The position numbers and the translations under genes are program-made. From Promethearchaeota archaeon (lineage in GTDB: Archaea; Asgardarchaeota; Lokiarchaeia; Sigyniarchaeales; SOKP01), in NCBI GenBank assembly GCA_016839705.1, contig JAEOTR010000041.1, forward strand, positions 1 to 64,000: DNA of 64,000 bases, given 5' to 3'. Numbering within the stretch: position 1 is the first letter of the stretch; each line of letters begins with the position of its first letter. Positions 21,302 to 31,756 of the stretch are shown here, piece after piece. The notes beneath the pieces were generated by a model. That model saw only the letters and a program-made list of their open reading frames with translations, was not told the origin of the DNA and ran no database searches.

Positions 21302-21511
21302 CTTAAAATTATAAATCAGTCTGTTTTCAAATATTTTTCCTTTTAATTTTATATCATCCTAAATATATCATTTAATTTAACTTTACTATTAATCGAAATT
21401 CTTTGTTTTTTACTTTTTATTCAAAAAGGTAATGCATGTTTAGCCCTATTCTAATGCCCATAATTGCACACTTTTTCTTTAAATAAACTTACTATATACA
21501 ATTTTTGAAAA

Positions 21512-21796
21512 ATGTTGAAATCATCGAAATTAGAAGAATTAGAAGAAAAATATCTAAATCGTCTTTTGCGAACTTTGATATATGTTGTCCATAGAAGCAA
21601 GGAGCATAAATTTGTTACTCTTAGAGATTTGAGGTATAATCTGAAAAGAAGTGGCACCAATTTATCAAATATATTAAAAATTTTAGAAAGAGATAATCTA
21701 TTGAATCGTAGTTCAACGAGACCTAAAAAAGTATTTCCCACAAAGCTTGGAAAACAGCTTTTGAGAAGAATTGAAAATATTATCATTCCAGAATAG
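21512..21796 (+). CDS. Small winged-helix (MarR-like) DNA-binding protein
   Basis: TLRDL...NLSNILKILERDNLL...PTKLG wHTH pattern. Confidence 0.7.
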   Translation: MLKSSKLEELEEKYLNRLLRTLIYVVHRSKEHKFVTLRDLRYNLKRSGTNLSNILKILERDNLLNRSSTRPKKVFPTKLGKQLLRRIENIIIPE

Positions 21797-21943
21797 GTTA
21801 AAGTTATATTATAAAAAGATACAAGAAAGTTTACTTGATTTCGACGAAGCAAAGAAACTCTAACTTGTCCAGATTGTTTATAATCTTCTGAATCATAAAG
21901 AAATTTTAGTTTTTCACTTCCTTGTTACCTTTATCTTTTCCTA

Positions 21944-22846
21944 TTAAACTTCGATTTTTCTCCATTTTTTTCTTCTAATTACCACTATAATGATAATAAT
22001 AACTATTCCAATATACATTAGGGGATTAAAACCCCAAATTTTCATAAATTCTTCGAAAGGTGAAACTTCTCTATAAAACCTGATTCCAGTATCCATCCAA
22101 GGACTTTTAGTATTGGTCCATTCACATATATAGGATTTTCCTCCAAAAATATCCACCAGTTGGCAGGGAGCCAAATTATATCCCCCTCTACCATATACAG
22201 GTTGTTTCCCATACACTCTAAGCTCTACTCTCCCTGTAGTGTTTCCAATCCATTCTTGAGAAGTCCCTAAATGATGGACTATATAGAATAAATCACTGGA
22301 ATCTAAAGGATTACTCATTGACCCACTGAAATGATATCTTATAACAGATGTACTATTCTTGAGAAGGGTGACATTATTTCTAATTAAAATGATTGGATAT
22401 TTCTCAATAAACCATGCTAAATGGACATCAATCTCTGTAATATTTTCATTCCATGGTGAAATACTTAAAAGATCAAAAAGAATTTGAGTATTATTTACAT
22501 GTACCTCAAACATGAAATCAGTGACATTTTTTGCTAGGGAGAAAGGCAGTATAATAGGTATAGATGTGGTGTTTTCTTGATTGAATATCGTATAATTTGC
22601 ATCAAGATTGATATCAATTTTTTTAGGAAAATCGGTAGCATTGAAGCTGATAATGGTATTAGTATGAGAAAGTTGTAAAGGTAATGTACTATTTGTAAAT
22701 ATTTCTGCAATAAATTGATCTGGTACAGGCGCAATGGAAACAGTTACAGGAGGAGTCGTAATTGAAAAACTTAGGATTAAAAATGAAACAATAATGATGG
22801 AAAATACATGTTTGTGTGCCTTCATTAATTCACCCGTTTCAACCAC
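21944..22846 (-). CDS. Secreted/membrane-anchored hypothetical protein
   Basis: N-terminal hydrophobic signal, beta-rich body with many N-x-S/T sequons, C-terminal TM plus basic tail. Confidence 0.75.
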   Translation of the reverse strand: MVETGELMKAHKHVFSIIIVSFLILSFSITTPPVTVSIAPVPDQFIAEIFTNSTLPLQLSHTNTIISFNATDFPKKIDINLDANYTIFNQENTTSIPIILPFSLAKNVTDFMFEVHVNNTQILFDLLSISPWNENITEIDVHLAWFIEKYPIILIRNNVTLLKNSTSVIRYHFSGSMSNPLDSSDLFYIVHHLGTSQEWIGNTTGRVELRVYGKQPVYGRGGYNLAPCQLVDIFGGKSYICEWTNTKSPWMDTGIRFYREVSPFEEFMKIWGFNPLMYIGIVIIIIIVVIRRKKWRKIEV

Positions 22847-23086
22847 CTTATTGTATTCAAGAATTCTATTTAAATCTATTGTCGGATGTTATAGTAGTTA
22901 TTAAATATTACGAATAAAGTAAAAGAAAACAATCGCATAGAAATTAAAATTTGTATACCCTCTTAATAACAATATAAAAACCGATTGAACCCAAATACCC
23001 AAAAGTCATCTCTTACTTATCTGAGGAATTGAATTTAATGCTAAAATACAATAAAAACACATATCCTAAAAAAAGATAGAAAAAAA

Positions 23087-23812
23087 TTACTTGATTTCTA
23101 CAAATGAAAGTAATTCTAACTTATCCAGATTGTTCATTATCTTCTGAATTTCCGGCACCGGACGCCCTGATTCTTCTCCTATGTCGGAAAGCGTGTGAAA
23201 ACCGTCCGCCAGATGTGCAATAGCATATTCCTCTGCATTTAAAATTCCGGTTGCTATAACCTGCCTTGGTAAGCGTTTAGCAGTCCACATCGGCTTTACA
23301 TCCCTCACCTCACGTAAGTCCTCCTCCGAAAGCACCAACCCCTTTTTCGCAATACGCTTCTGGGACTTCAGGAAATCTTTCTTGAATATTTTGAGAATAG
23401 GTATCTTCAACTGGATTTCTGCAACCTTGCCTACTTTCAGGATCTCGTCGATTATACTATCAAAATCCCGAAAAATACGGACGTCACCTGACCAACTTTC
23501 AAGTTGATCACCGAACTTGGCAACAAATTTATCAATAATATCAGTTAAGGCTTTGTGGGTGATTTTTGCATCATCATTCTTATCAGCTGCGGCTGTACAT
23601 AAGACACCCTCCTTAAAAACAAGCAAAAGATAAAAAATTTGCATATCTATTACTTTTAATTCCCCTGATCCTTTGGAGAATTCAACTGAAAAATCTTTAA
23701 GTGCAGTAAGAAAACCACTTACCAAATCTTGGTTAAATTCTATACTTCCATACTTTCGGTGTATTAAACAGATACCTGTGTATTGATGGATAAGGTAAAA
23801 ATTATGTAACAT
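23087..23812 (-). CDS. Longin-domain protein with C-terminal winged helix
   Basis: FYLI...GICL...DLVSGFLTALKDF pattern typical of Asgard longin domains; C-terminal DGFHTLSDI..LDKLELL. Confidence 0.75.
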   Translation of the reverse strand: MLHNFYLIHQYTGICLIHRKYGSIEFNQDLVSGFLTALKDFSVEFSKGSGELKVIDMQIFYLLLVFKEGVLCTAAADKNDDAKITHKALTDIIDKFVAKFGDQLESWSGDVRIFRDFDSIIDEILKVGKVAEIQLKIPILKIFKKDFLKSQKRIAKKGLVLSEEDLREVRDVKPMWTAKRLPRQVIATGILNAEEYAIAHLADGFHTLSDIGEESGRPVPEIQKIMNNLDKLELLSFVEIK

Positions 23813-23913
23813 GATGAAAACCTCAACTACTATTTTAAAACTTATTTCTTAATGTATATTTAATAAGATTATGATAATATAAATTTCAGCTTGTGTAAAA
23901 GAAAATCTAATTT

Positions 23914-26553
23914 TTATTTATAAATATCATACAACGATCTTATCTTGAAAGAGTCAACAATTTCCTGATTCGAATACTCTGTATTAGCAAGTACAGCTCT
24001 TATGACTTCAATATCGATGGTATATATTTCATCAGGATCCATTGAAAAGTAGTTATCTGAGGCTATGAAATCTACTAAATCTGAGCTGATGATGACATAT
24101 AATGCGATTTCTTTTGCTCTAAGTTTTATTTTGAAATAACTATTAGAATTGTTTTCTCCTGGTAGCTCTTCCGAATCGTAGGTAATCTCAGGATCTTTTA
24201 GCTTAAAAAGTTTCGGAGCATCAAATAATCGAAAACCCCGATGAACTAAATTGGGATTTTTTCCTTTTTGATTCAATCTATAGAAGATTATATTATTTTG
24301 GAGTGATAATTGCTCCTTATTTATTTCACTGGTATCTAAAGAAATAAGTTTTAATGAACTACAGGGTGAAATTGTAGAAGATTTAACACCATTAAATAAT
24401 AATTCCCCTTCAGAATTTAATATTTTCCATTCTAATTCAACATCACAAGGCTTCTTCAAATCATTTGTCACCCAAAATTCAACAAGGTCTGGTTCTTCCT
24501 TGACACTGGCAAATAAAGGTTGAAAGAATCGCTTTGCAAAATAGTGAAGTGCTTTCCACCTTCCATAATAATCCAATGATGACCAACTTGCAACGGGCCA
24601 GCAATCATTTAATTGCCAATAAAGAGCTCCCATACAATGATAATCGGTACGATTTTGTCTCCAATATTCAACGCCATATTCAATTGCTTCTGCTTGAGTA
24701 ATTTGTGACAAAATAACTTGATGTTCGAATTCTTCCGGTATTGAAAAACGCTTATCCATATAATCCCTAATTTTTTGATTACCAGCTCCATTTTTCTGAT
24801 GATTTTCCATTATCTGAGAATTGAAATCATATTGATCAGGGGGACAAAACGTTTCAATAGTTTTCAAGGAAGGAAAAGATTCAAAACCGAATTCGGACAT
24901 AAAACGAGAATTAAAATTTCTGTAAGCAGAGAATGGGAAATTTCCATGCCAAACAGCCCAGTAGTGTGAATCACCAGCATTGGGATTATTTGAACTCCTT
25001 GCTGCTAGATTTTCCATAATGAAACCACTTGATGGAGAACTAGGCCAATATGGTCGAGTTGGGTCAAATTTCTGGATTAACTCAGGTAACAATTTTTCAA
25101 ATATTTTCAAATAAAAATTTACTAGAAAATTATGTCTTTCTATATTGTCTTTTACTATCCCAGAGCTGATTAATTCCCTCTTCCATAACGCTTCAATTTC
25201 ATTATTACCACACCATAATGCAAGACTAGGATGAATTCGTAATCTTTTTATGCTTTGAATTGCCTCCTTCTCCACGTTTTTAATAAAATCCAATCTATAA
25301 GGATAAAGTGCACAAGCGAATGGGAAATCTTGCCAGACTAATAAACCCAATTCATCGCATAAGTTATATAAAGACTCATCCTCATAAATCCCTCCACCCC
25401 ATATGCGAATCATGTTCATGTTTGCTTTTTTAGCATACATTAAATTCATAGAATAAAGTCCTAGCTTCTTACCCCTAGGAATAAAGCTGTCAATTGGAAT
25501 CCAATTTGCACCCTTCGCAAAAAGTGGAATTCCATTTAGAAGGAAATAGAATGTTTCCCCCCATTTATCTTCTTTTCTAACAAGTTTGATCTCTCGTAAT
25601 CCTATTTGCTGTGTTACCCTTTCTAAAACCCCATCTTTTATAATTGAAACCTTTACTTGATAAAGGTTTGGGTTACCGAGATCGTGTGTCCACCATAAGA
25701 AAGGATTTTGAATATCAAAAGTGAGAATTTCTTTTTGTTTGTTTAGAGGGAATTCCTTTACAAAAATTTCATCGTCTGGTGCTTTTAATTGTGCTTTTAA
25801 TTTGCATCCTAATTCTGAGATATCAGAGAAATTAGATGCAAATTCAATTTCTATAAACAATTTTGCAGTGTTTATATCTACAATAGAAAATTCATTTGGA
25901 TCACTGATATTCATAATATTCTTATTATATTCGAGGTTTGTATAGGGGAAAACTGATTTGATTTTAATATCATCAAATCCTATTAATTCAACAGTCTTCC
26001 ATATACCCATATCGGGCAATTTCGGTCCCCAATCCCAACCAAATGAATACTGTGCTTTCCTCAAATAGGGGACGCCTGGGATTGCGGCGTATCCCGTGTT
26101 TAACTTTACCTTATTTTTTTCTATTTCTTCACGGCTCTTAACAGTAGGGCTTTTGAAATTAATTGTAAGTATATTGCTTTTGTGCTTTAATATAGATTTT
26201 ACTTCATAATCATATCTTACAAACATGTTATTTACGGACCCTATTAATTCGTTATTTAAAATCACCTCCGCTATTGTGTCTAATCCATGAAATCGGAGTA
26301 TGATGTTCTTATGTTCAAGAAAACTTGGTTCTACACTAAATTCTATTTCATAAACCCAATCAGACTCATACACCCACTTCATTTGATGCTCATTTTCACC
26401 ATAAAAAGGATCTTCAATAAGTTCATTATCACATAAAGCTTCAAAAACAGTTCCAGGAACTTGACCATCCATTTCAATTGATTTTTCTGGATTTTTTATG
26501 GTCCATATCCCATCCAATGAAATCTTTTCAACTTTTTGTAGGATTCTTACCAA
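23914..26553 (-). CDS. GH2 beta-mannosidase
   Basis: RKAQYSFGWDWGP, KGANWIP, WCGNNE (acid/base) and SEFG (nucleophile). Confidence 0.95.
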   Translation of the reverse strand: MVRILQKVEKISLDGIWTIKNPEKSIEMDGQVPGTVFEALCDNELIEDPFYGENEHQMKWVYESDWVYEIEFSVEPSFLEHKNIILRFHGLDTIAEVILNNELIGSVNNMFVRYDYEVKSILKHKSNILTINFKSPTVKSREEIEKNKVKLNTGYAAIPGVPYLRKAQYSFGWDWGPKLPDMGIWKTVELIGFDDIKIKSVFPYTNLEYNKNIMNISDPNEFSIVDINTAKLFIEIEFASNFSDISELGCKLKAQLKAPDDEIFVKEFPLNKQKEILTFDIQNPFLWWTHDLGNPNLYQVKVSIIKDGVLERVTQQIGLREIKLVRKEDKWGETFYFLLNGIPLFAKGANWIPIDSFIPRGKKLGLYSMNLMYAKKANMNMIRIWGGGIYEDESLYNLCDELGLLVWQDFPFACALYPYRLDFIKNVEKEAIQSIKRLRIHPSLALWCGNNEIEALWKRELISSGIVKDNIERHNFLVNFYLKIFEKLLPELIQKFDPTRPYWPSSPSSGFIMENLAARSSNNPNAGDSHYWAVWHGNFPFSAYRNFNSRFMSEFGFESFPSLKTIETFCPPDQYDFNSQIMENHQKNGAGNQKIRDYMDKRFSIPEEFEHQVILSQITQAEAIEYGVEYWRQNRTDYHCMGALYWQLNDCWPVASWSSLDYYGRWKALHYFAKRFFQPLFASVKEEPDLVEFWVTNDLKKPCDVELEWKILNSEGELLFNGVKSSTISPCSSLKLISLDTSEINKEQLSLQNNIIFYRLNQKGKNPNLVHRGFRLFDAPKLFKLKDPEITYDSEELPGENNSNSYFKIKLRAKEIALYVIISSDLVDFIASDNYFSMDPDEIYTIDIEVIRAVLANTEYSNQEIVDSFKIRSLYDIYK

Positions 26554-26672
26554 CTCTTAGAAAATGAATGAATGATAAATACAATGTTTAAAATGAAATG
26601 AAATAAATCTTAAATAATTTGATATCAAATATAATTTTAATCAAAATTAGATAAATTAAAAGGAGAATTAAT

Positions 26673-26987
26673 ATGAATTTCTATTTATTCACAGTAACTG
26701 TTCCCACTATTGAAGAGGGAAAGAAAATCGCTAAGATTTTAGTTGAAAGCAAACTTGCAGCTTGTGTTAATATTTTAAAAGATATTTCTTCAGTTTATAG
26801 ATGGAAGGGAGAAATTCAAGAGGATAATGAGCATCTACTATTAATCAAAACAACAGAAGAAAATAGCGAATCCATAGTTCAAAAAATAAATACAATCCAT
26901 TCATATACAGAACCAGAATGCATTGGATTTAAAATAGAAAAAGGCTCTCAAAAATATTTAAATTGGATTAAAGATGTTGTTGATTGA
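26673..26987 (+). CDS. cutA: Divalent-cation tolerance protein CutA
   Basis: LAACVN, SVYRWKG and HSY..PE. Confidence 0.96.
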   Translation: MNFYLFTVTVPTIEEGKKIAKILVESKLAACVNILKDISSVYRWKGEIQEDNEHLLLIKTTEENSESIVQKINTIHSYTEPECIGFKIEKGSQKYLNWIKDVVD

Positions 26988-27011
26988 TTAAATGATTATT
27001 CATCGCAAATT

Positions 27012-27839
27012 ATGGCAAATGATTTATTGCATGTAGACTGGGTTTTTGTCGATACAATTATAATATTGTTATTGGTATTGCTATTAATAGGAGTAAGAGT
27101 TTTTAAATCAATTTATCGATGGCGATTCAGTTTTTCTAATAAAGCCCTTGAACAACATTCATTTCATAGACCACAGGAACAATTTAGAAGTCAGAGTCTT
27201 AATACCAAATATTGGAAATTAACGAAAAACACGACTTTAACAAATACAAAATCAAATAACGATGTGATTTTAATATTAAGTACAACACACAAGAAAAGGT
27301 TACTTCGAATTTTAACTGAGGGCTTATGTAGTTATGGTTTTATTATCGTTTCTTTACGGATTACAAAAAAAGCTTCTGAAAATATTAATCATGAGTTACA
27401 TACACTAATTTCATTCATAATAAACAACTCCAAACAGAAAGGTCTTATAAGGAATTCTAATTATGCCTTATTAGAATACTCCCATTCTTGGTTCCCATAC
27501 AAAGTAGTTTTATCGGATCCTAATAACACTGGATTAATATTACTTAATCCAAGAATGAAAAAAAAACATATGGGAATTCTAGAGGAAATATTTAATAGTC
27601 AACATCAACATCCTCAATTGTTTTATATTTTTAGCAAAAGAAGTTTCTTTATTTTGAAAAATAAAAACATTAAACTGTATAAGAAATATTTCGGGGATAA
27701 GAGAGAGAATAAGATAGAATTAATCACACTGGAAAAATCCAATAGAAACTTTAAATATTACGAAACTATTCTATTAGGAATTCTCATTGATATTATAGAA
27801 AATAAAATGATTGATCCAAAGTTCACAGGTAGTACATGA
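27012..27839 (+). CDS. Hypothetical membrane-anchored protein
   Basis: N-terminal TM; alpha/beta body; first gene of an overlapping run. Confidence 0.65.
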   Translation: MANDLLHVDWVFVDTIIILLLVLLLIGVRVFKSIYRWRFSFSNKALEQHSFHRPQEQFRSQSLNTKYWKLTKNTTLTNTKSNNDVILILSTTHKKRLLRILTEGLCSYGFIIVSLRITKKASENINHELHTLISFIINNSKQKGLIRNSNYALLEYSHSWFPYKVVLSDPNNTGLILLNPRMKKKHMGILEEIFNSQHQHPQLFYIFSKRSFFILKNKNIKLYKKYFGDKRENKIELITLEKSNRNFKYYETILLGILIDIIENKMIDPKFTGST

Positions 27840-28543
27840 AGAATCAAAAAATTGTAAGGACACATCATAATTCAATAACATATTCAGAAGATGATTGGAC
27901 TCTATTAAAAAGTAAAAGAAGCAATGCTTTAAGAATATTAGAGATATTTGCCCAAGAAGGTTTTAATCCATTCGTATACGGTAGCCTTGCGCGTGGTGAT
28001 GTGCATGAGTTTAGTGACATTGATATTGTATTTATTCAACAAATTCCATCATTTCAGATTGAATTTATTTTAAATAAAAATGGTTTCGAAAATTATTTTA
28101 GAGAAATAATCATGGCAACACCGCTAGATTCAATAAAACTTTATATTCACTTAAGTGAATTAGAGAGTATTACTATTCCCTTGTCAAAACTGGGAAAAAA
28201 TGTAATTGAATTCTATAATTTTGGAGGAAAAATTAATATAAATGACTTAAAATCAGGAATTAGAGTACCTGGAATAGATAAACGGCTGGTACTAATTAAA
28301 CCTAACCTCAATGGGCATGAAGAAATATCAATCATTGGAAATGAGTCATTTGCTGCTAAGGAAGTAGGTATTAGTATTGATATTGTGAATGAACGTAAAA
28401 GGATTTTATTAAAAAGAGAGAAATACGGTAAAACGGGAGTATTCTTAAAAAGGAGACTTCATTTAAACGAATCTACTGAGGAAGTACTAAAAACCCTTGC
28501 CAAAAAAAAGTCAATAATAAGAAAAAAACTGTTTAAAGTGTGA
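27836..28543 (+). CDS. Predicted nucleotidyltransferase (COG2413-like)
   Basis: YGSLARGDV...SDIDI, RVPGIDKRL and GKTGVF. Confidence 0.9.
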   Translation: MKNQKIVRTHHNSITYSEDDWTLLKSKRSNALRILEIFAQEGFNPFVYGSLARGDVHEFSDIDIVFIQQIPSFQIEFILNKNGFENYFREIIMATPLDSIKLYIHLSELESITIPLSKLGKNVIEFYNFGGKININDLKSGIRVPGIDKRLVLIKPNLNGHEEISIIGNESFAAKEVGISIDIVNERKRILLKREKYGKTGVFLKRRLHLNESTEEVLKTLAKKKSIIRKKLFKV

Positions 28544-29691
28544 GAAAAGTTAAAATTGTCAAAAGTAAAGAAAGTAATTACTATATTAAGGGAAGAAGGC
28601 TTCCTAAAGGCTGTAAATTATGCCTAAAAGGTCAAAAAGCTGTCTTATTTTTAAATGGAATTTGTCAAAAACCAAATCATTGCTCTTGGTATTGTCCTAT
28701 CTCAGAAGAAAGAAAAAATAAACATTTAACCTTTGCAAATGAAATAAAAATTAATTCACAGGAAGGATTGTTAGAAGAGGTAAATAAAATCGATGCAAAA
28801 GGAATGAGTATTACTGGTGGGGAACCACTTTCTAAACTGAATCTAATAAAAACTCTTGATTCTATTCAATATATCAAATCACAAAAAGGAAATAAATTCC
28901 ATATACATCTTTACACAAATGGTATCAATTTTGATGAAATAAAGGCAAAAAAACTCGTCTCAGCAGGTTTAGATGAAATTAGGTTTCATCCTGGTAAAGA
29001 AAACTGGGCAACTATTGAATATGCTTTAGATACAGGATTAACAGTTGGTGCAGAAGTTCCAGTTATTCCTAGCAGAGAAAGCTTGAATGTTCTCCGAGAA
29101 TTTATTATTTATCTTGATAAAATCGAAGCAGACTTCATCAATTTAAATGAATTTGAATATTGTTTCCCAAACAGCGAATCCTTAAAAGAGAGGGGATTCT
29201 ATTTACAAAAAGGTTCTATTGCTTCTGTAGTCAATAGTCAGCAAGCTGCTCTTGATCTTATGAAAGATCTGAGTAAGAGTGTTTCTCTTCAAATACATTT
29301 TTGCTCTACAACCGCAAAAGATTCCTTTCAATTAAAAAACAGGTACTTACGAAGAGCTAAAAACATAAAGTTGCCATATGAAGTAATAACTGATGAGGGT
29401 CTTTTAATATTTGCTCAAATAGAAGGGAACAGAGAGGATCTTGAAAAGTTTTATCATTTCACTTTATCAGAAATGAAAATAGATGAAAAATTGGTTGTAT
29501 ATAACGGGGAGAATATAAAGGTACCATTTTATATTTCAATAGATACTCAATTTGTATCATTATTTGAAAGTTTTCAGCTTAAAGGTTATGTAGTAGAAAT
29601 AACACCCTTTAGAGTCTTAAAATATCAACAAATAACAGAAAAAACACCTATAAAATTATTTAAGAAAGAATATGGTTTTGATGAAAATTGA
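28540..29691 (+). CDS. Radical SAM protein (COG2108-like)
   Basis: GCKLC..G.K.VLF, Cys cluster, ITGGEP, HIHLYT and LDEIRFHP. Confidence 0.88.
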   Translation: MRKVKIVKSKESNYYIKGRRLPKGCKLCLKGQKAVLFLNGICQKPNHCSWYCPISEERKNKHLTFANEIKINSQEGLLEEVNKIDAKGMSITGGEPLSKLNLIKTLDSIQYIKSQKGNKFHIHLYTNGINFDEIKAKKLVSAGLDEIRFHPGKENWATIEYALDTGLTVGAEVPVIPSRESLNVLREFIIYLDKIEADFINLNEFEYCFPNSESLKERGFYLQKGSIASVVNSQQAALDLMKDLSKSVSLQIHFCSTTAKDSFQLKNRYLRRAKNIKLPYEVITDEGLLIFAQIEGNREDLEKFYHFTLSEMKIDEKLVVYNGENIKVPFYISIDTQFVSLFESFQLKGYVVEITPFRVLKYQQITEKTPIKLFKKEYGFDEN

Positions 29692-30154
29692 AAACGTAAA
29701 TTCGAAGGATATTAAGCAAATTATAGCCCTTGAACGAGAGATTTTCAAAGAAAATGCATTTTCACAAGAATTAATGGAGAGTTTCTTGCATTTTTCTAAA
29801 AAAGAGAGGAACATATTCTTTCTAAAACTTGGAACAAGTAAAGAAAAAAATAAATTAATTGGTTTTATAATTGTCATCAAGGACAGAATTGATAGGGTAA
29901 ATATTTTGAATTTTCTTATAAATCCTAGATATCAAAATAAAGGATATGGTTCTTTTCTTTTACAAAAAACTATTGAGAAAATAAAACTAATGGAAGAAAT
30001 CAAGAGAGTCGTTTTGAATGTTCAAGTGAGTAATACTATTGCAATTAAGCTTTACGAAAAATTTAATTTTAAAAAAAATCCAAATATTTTGGAGAATTAT
30101 TATCAATCTGGAGAAAGTTCTTATGTTATGGAGCTGACTTTTAAAAGTTTATAA
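29672..30154 (+). CDS. RimI/Ard1-like GNAT N-acetyltransferase (start may be 29681)
   Basis: QNKGYG acetyl-CoA motif, SN..AI.LY.KF.F and YY..GE. Confidence 0.9.
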   Translation: MVLMKIENVNSKDIKQIIALEREIFKENAFSQELMESFLHFSKKERNIFFLKLGTSKEKNKLIGFIIVIKDRIDRVNILNFLINPRYQNKGYGSFLLQKTIEKIKLMEEIKRVVLNVQVSNTIAIKLYEKFNFKKNPNILENYYQSGESSYVMELTFKSL

Positions 30155-30376
30155 TTTTATCTTTTCTCAGCTTTTTCGCTTTATTTTTTCCCTATTTATT
30201 CTCAGCAAATCTTTTACTAAAAACCTCTAAATAAAAAATATTCATCTTAATCTTATCCTTTACGCTATGTTAAAAAGAGTTTTTCTAATAGAATAGACTT
30301 ATAAATAAATTCTATTATACTATCTGTAAATAATAATTAATTCAGATCAATTTTAAACAAAAGGGATTGATAAAAA

Positions 30377-30532
30377 GTGACTCCAGTAGATAAGGAAATG
30401 CAAGAAGAAATTAAGAAAGGTGTCACACTCACAAAAGTTGATGCCGCAGACCTCCAAAAAAGGGAAGAAGAAAAAAAGAAACGTATGGAAGAACTCGAAA
30501 AAGTTAAAGCAGCTTTAGGTCAAAAAGATTAG
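30377..30532 (+). CDS. 51-aa protein with WH2-like motif (absent from ORF track)
   Basis: GTG start; MTPVDKEMQEEIKKGVTLTKVDAADLQKREEEKKKRMEELEKVKAALGQKD; coding-like composition in an AT-rich gap; followed by T-tracts. Confidence 0.75.
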   Translation: MTPVDKEMQEEIKKGVTLTKVDAADLQKREEEKKKRMEELEKVKAALGQKD

Positions 30533-30673
30533 TTTTTTGATAAACAAGTTTTTATTTTATCTTTTTTATTTATTTTATTTTTGTATTTAGTGATTTTGAA
30601 TAAAATTAAGCTTATTTTATACTAAAAATTACTACTAAATAACGAGAATTATTATGGGAGTTAGTCTTAGGAT

Positions 30674-31750
30674 TTGAAAATTCATCACATCAATCAAAAA
30701 CAAAGAGTAATCACAATCACACCTGAAAATCTTAATGATTTATGGACACTTTACAATATAATTAGGGAGGGTGATGAAATCTCTGCTCGTACTCAGCGAA
30801 GAGTTGTGTTGAGAGAGGGGTCTAAGGGTGAAAGAAAAACGATGAGATTGAAATTACGGGCAGAAACTATTTCATTTCATGAGTTTTCAAATCGATTGAG
30901 GGTGAAAGGAAAAATTTTGGAAGGACCAGAAGATTTTGTTAGTTTTGGGACATACCATACATTAAATATTGAACCTTTACAAAAAATCGATATCATCAAA
31001 GAAATGTGGTCTAAGCATGAATTGCGAAGACTAAAGGAAAGTTCCAAATTAGAGTCTAATTTTATTATTTTATTTGTAGCGATTGAAACGGGGCTAGCTA
31101 CTATTGCTACTATAACGAATTTTAGTCATAATAGGATAGCAACTATAAAGAAGCATATACCAGGAAAAAGATACCAAACTTCCTATCGTAATAAGGCACT
31201 AAATGAATTTTATGAGGATATTGGGAAAGTAGTAATAGAAAATTTAAAAGCACTTGAAGTAGATTTAATAATATTATCTGGTCCTGGAAATACAAAAAAT
31301 CATTTTATGGAATATTTAAAAAAAAATCTAAATTCAACTATTAACGTTAAAATTGAGCTTTGTCATGCAAGCTCCGGTACTGAAAGTGCAATAATTGAAA
31401 CATTAAAGTCTAAAGAATTGGCCAATTTAAAAAAAAAAGTGAAAATTTTACAAGAAACTGAAAAAATCGAGAACATTCTTACTCAATTCTCTCTTGATGC
31501 CGATCTAATTCGTATTGGGCTAGAGGAAGTATTTGAAGCTTCTGAACGGGGCGCACTTAAGCAGGTATTAATCGCTGATATTATGATTCGCGGAGTCTCA
31601 AAAGAAAAAAAACTTAAAATTGAAGAAATTATTACAAATGTTGAAAAATCTGGAGGAGAAATTACTATTATGAGTACTGAAAATATTGCTGGAGAACAAT
31701 TGGTGAATTTAGGATCTATTTTGGGGATTTTACGATATAAAAATCAATAG
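30674..31750 (+). CDS. pelA: Pelota/Dom34 ribosome rescue factor
   Basis: DLW.LY, RLRVKG, YHTLN, SGPG and eRF1-like domain 3. Confidence 0.95.
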   Translation: MKIHHINQKQRVITITPENLNDLWTLYNIIREGDEISARTQRRVVLREGSKGERKTMRLKLRAETISFHEFSNRLRVKGKILEGPEDFVSFGTYHTLNIEPLQKIDIIKEMWSKHELRRLKESSKLESNFIILFVAIETGLATIATITNFSHNRIATIKKHIPGKRYQTSYRNKALNEFYEDIGKVVIENLKALEVDLIILSGPGNTKNHFMEYLKKNLNSTINVKIELCHASSGTESAIIETLKSKELANLKKKVKILQETEKIENILTQFSLDADLIRIGLEEVFEASERGALKQVLIADIMIRGVSKEKKLKIEEIITNVEKSGGEITIMSTENIAGEQLVNLGSILGILRYKNQ

Positions 31751-31756
31751 TTTATT

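Noticed and set aside
21451-21852. 133-aa minus-strand ORF
   Set aside because: Antisense to the wHTH gene, which has a recognisable fold pattern
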